Source: Bacteroidales bacterium
GTDB taxonomy: Bacteria; Bacteroidota; Bacteroidia; Bacteroidales; P3
Assembly (NCBI GenBank): GCA_017448185.1
Contig: JAFSLX010000049.1
Span: 1,152-65,151 of the forward strand
Length of the DNA stretch: 64,000 nt
Reading direction: 5' to 3'
The position numbers and the translations under genes were made by a program. Shown here in pieces: positions 61,426 to 64,000 of the stretch. The notes beneath the pieces were generated by a model. The model was not told the origin of the DNA. It was given only the letters and a program-made list of their open reading frames with translations, and ran no database searches. Every line of letters starts with the position of its first letter. Position 1 is the first letter of the stretch.

Positions 61426-64000
61426 TTATCTAACCAACGCTACTTTGCGGGTAGGGAGGTTGCCAATTTTCACCATGTAGACACCTGTCTGTGCCACAGG
61501 GAAGACGACGGTCTCGGCGGCATCGGCCTGTCTGCTCACGCAGCGGCCGGTGACATCGTAGACATACACGTCGCGGTGCTCGGCTCCGCTGACCACAATC
61601 TTGCCCTCGCTGGCGTAGACTGCAATGTTGCCGTCCTCCACATCGTCGATGGCGATGTCACGGACAAACATGGCGACCACGCTGAAGGTCATTCCCGCCA
61701 TCTCGGGCGTAGCCTCGACGGTGTAGGTGGTCTCGTCGGTCTCAATCACGTTGCCGTTGATGGTCCAACCCAACATGTGGAAGCCCTCGTTGGGGGTGGC
61801 GGTGACGGTGGCCTGTTCACCCACCTCGTAGGTGTAGGTGCCGGGAGCCGGGTCGGTGCTGCCCCAGTTGGCGTTGTTGACGCTCAGCATGACAGTGACG
61901 GGCTCGTAACCGAAGGTGGCGGTGAGTTCCACATCCTCGGTTACTTCGAAGCTGTAGGGGTTGTCCGTGCTCACCACCTGGCCGTCGCGCTCCCAGGCCA
62001 CGAAGTGGCGGCCGAAGATGGCGAGGGCGGTGGCAGTGAACATGCTGCCTTCCTCCACGCTCACAGCCTCCTCGGGCAACACACTGCCCATCGTCGTGTC
62101 GGCGCTCACAAGGGTCACCGTGTAGTAGACCGGCTGTGGCTGGTGCGTGATGGTCAGCAGCAAGGTAACGGTGCTGTCGCAGCCCGCCTCGGTGGTGCCG
62201 CTGTAGGTGTACGTGCCGCTCTGGGTGTACACTTCGCCGTTCCATTCGTAGCTGTCTTCGGCGGTCATCTCCACGGTGTCGCTGACACTGCGGTTGATGG
62301 TGAGCACCAGCACCACGGTGCTGTCGCAGCCCGCCACGTTCTGGCCGTGATAGAACACGTCGTCGACCGAAGCGGTATAGACCGTTCCGTGCCACTCAAA
62401 GCTGTCGCAGGCCGTGACATTGTCGGTACCTTCGTTGCTGTAGTGGACGGTCAGGTCAAGGGTCACCGTGCTGTCGCAGCCGGCGGCGTTCACCGTGAGG
62501 TAGGTGGCAGTGTGGTTGTCCGCGTCAAACTGCAATCCGTTCCAAGTGTAGCTGTCGCAGGCGAAGATGGTCTCCACGGCGCTGCTGCTGTAGTTCACGG
62601 TGAGGTTCAGCGTCTCGATGGAGAAGCAGCCGCTCTCGGAGGGGAGGTCAAAGTCGTACACTCCGCTCTCGGTGTAGACATTGCCGCGCCACACGATGCT
62701 GTCGCAGACGGTGCTGTCAATCGAGATGAGGTTGCCGTAGTTGACGGTCAAGTGCAGCGTCACCGTGCTGTCGCAACCGGCAGCGTTCTGGGTGGTGTAG
62801 ATGTAGTCGCCGCTCACGGTGTAGGTCTCGCCGTGCCAGGTGTAGTAGTTGCAGGCCGTCTCGCTTTCCTCCGACGCGGTGGCGGCATTGACGGTCAGGT
62901 GCAGCGTCACCGTGCTGTCGCAGCCGGCGGCGTTGGTGGTCTGGTAGGTGGACTCATCGGTCGAGGCGGTGTAGACGCTGTCGTGCCACTCGTAGCTGTC
63001 GCAGGCCGTCACGGTCTCGATACCAGTGGTGCTGGCATTGACGGTCAGGTACAGCGTCTCGAGCATGTCGCAGCCAGCGGCGGTAGTGCCGTCGTGGGTG
63101 TACGTGCCGCTCTGGGTGTACACGGTGCCGTTCCACTCATAGCTGTCGCAGACCGTCACGGTGTCGTTCATCGAATAGACGTTGGCGGCGAAGAGCGCGC
63201 TGACGGTGGTGTCGGCCTCGGCCACGATGCTGCGCGGGTTGGCGGTCTCGCCGTCGCTCCACGACTCAAAGTGGTAGCAGTCGCCCGCCGTGGCGGTCAA
63301 GGTCACCACGCTCTGGTAGTCGACCGTGTCGCTGCCGCTCACCGAACCCATCGTCTCGTCGGCACTCACGCCGACCACAGCATATTGGTTCACGGCGAAG
63401 TAGGCAGTCAATGTGCTGTCGTGTGCGGCCACGACGGTGCGCGGGTTGTCGCTGTTGCCGTCGTTCCACTGCACGAAGTGGTAGTGCTCGTTGGCCGTGG
63501 CGGTCAGGATCACCTCCTCACCGTAGTCGACCGTGTTGCTGCCGCTCACTGTACCCATCGTCTCGTCGGCGCTCACGCCATTGATGACCACATCGACAAT
63601 GGGATCCATCTCGAAGTGGGCAGTGAAGGTGGTATTCTCCGTCAAGGTCACCGTGCGAGGGTTGTCCGTCACACTGTCGGTCCACATCACGAAGTGGTAG
63701 CCCTCCTCGGGCACAGCCTCGATGTCGTAGTACAGGAAGTGCTTCACCAAGCCGCTGCCAATCGTGCTGCCCATCGGCAGGCCGGTGTTGGTGTCGGTCT
63801 CGGCCACCACGGTCAGGCTGTACACGTTGGTGTCGAAGTGCACCAGTATGGTCGAATCCTGCACGGCCACGAAGGCGTAAGGCGAGATTTCAACGCCGTT
63901 GTCCCAGCCGTCGAAGTGGTAGCCTTCGGCAGGCAGCGCGGTGATGGTGACACTGTCGCCATGGTCGTAATAGCCGCTGCCGGTAGCGGTGCCGCGGCCC
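61426..64000 (-). CDS. giant T9SS surface protein, C-terminal ~858 codons (5' end beyond the window)
   Basis: The frame stays open upstream of the ORF-track GTG at 63870 to the window edge (…GYHFDGWDNGVEISPYAF…). It has Listeria-Bacteroides repeats, seven two-Cys modules, and the C-terminus VYVYDVTGRCVSRQ..TGVYMVKIGNLPTRKVALVR. Confidence 0.85.
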   Translation of the reverse strand, partial: GRGTATGSGYYDHGDSVTITALPAEGYHFDGWDNGVEISPYAFVAVQDSTILVHFDTNVYSLTVVAETDTNTGLPMGSTIGSGLVKHFLYYDIEAVPEEGYHFVMWTDSVTDNPRTVTLTENTTFTAHFEMDPIVDVVINGVSADETMGTVSGSNTVDYGEEVILTATANEHYHFVQWNDGNSDNPRTVVAAHDSTLTAYFAVNQYAVVGVSADETMGSVSGSDTVDYQSVVTLTATAGDCYHFESWSDGETANPRSIVAEADTTVSALFAANVYSMNDTVTVCDSYEWNGTVYTQSGTYTHDGTTAAGCDMLETLYLTVNASTTGIETVTACDSYEWHDSVYTASTDESTYQTTNAAGCDSTVTLHLTVNAATASEESETACNYYTWHGETYTVSGDYIYTTQNAAGCDSTVTLHLTVNYGNLISIDSTVCDSIVWRGNVYTESGVYDFDLPSESGCFSIETLNLTVNYSSSAVETIFACDSYTWNGLQFDADNHTATYLTVNAAGCDSTVTLDLTVHYSNEGTDNVTACDSFEWHGTVYTASVDDVFYHGQNVAGCDSTVVLVLTINRSVSDTVEMTAEDSYEWNGEVYTQSGTYTYSGTTEAGCDSTVTLLLTITHQPQPVYYTVTLVSADTTMGSVLPEEAVSVEEGSMFTATALAIFGRHFVAWERDGQVVSTDNPYSFEVTEDVELTATFGYEPVTVMLSVNNANWGSTDPAPGTYTYEVGEQATVTATPNEGFHMLGWTINGNVIETDETTYTVEATPEMAGMTFSVVAMFVRDIAIDDVEDGNIAVYASEGKIVVSGAEHRDVYVYDVTGRCVSRQADAAETVVFPVAQTGVYMVKIGNLPTRKVALVR

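Overview
This looks like a Bacteroidales-type chromosome segment. Many proteins carry type IX secretion (T9SS) C-terminal sorting domains or lipoprotein signals. Bacteroidota -7 promoter boxes (TAnnTTTG) sit in front of most operons and both tRNAs. About 50 protein genes can be supported. Housekeeping genes: UvrD/AddA-like helicase, mutA, LptF/G permease, SufE and SufT-like, SufC plus a short SufB/D-like protein, MsbA-like ABC exporter, RecX, glycogen-synthase-like plus DUF4270-like, Maf, RecQ, ribosomal protein S1, atpEFHAG and NadB. There are two tRNAs (Val-TAC, Cys-GCA). Secreted and T9SS proteins: two tandem C10 cysteine peptidases downstream of a TPR histidine kinase / LuxR regulator pair, a 1054-aa type-B T9SS protein, and a partial giant repeat protein. 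Accessory DNA: an intact ISL3-family IS with an 8-bp target duplication (21021-22312), next to an AT-rich ~8 kb island (about 22313-30360). The island carries a tyrosine integrase, a serine recombinase, a Rep-like wHTH protein and a BspA-like LRR/T9SS cargo. Three non-coding signals stand out. One is a four-copy family of long palindromes built from 11-nt GTTGTTCAGTC units. The second is a GC-rich ~250-nt element closed by a 10-bp long-range inverted repeat inside a sigma-factor gene cluster. The third is a 77-bp segment bounded by 11-bp inverted repeats in the leader of the island cargo operon, beside the serine recombinase. I saw no rRNA, CRISPR array or cas genes. All calls come from reading translations and motifs by eye; no database search or folding program was available. 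Family names are recognition-level assignments.
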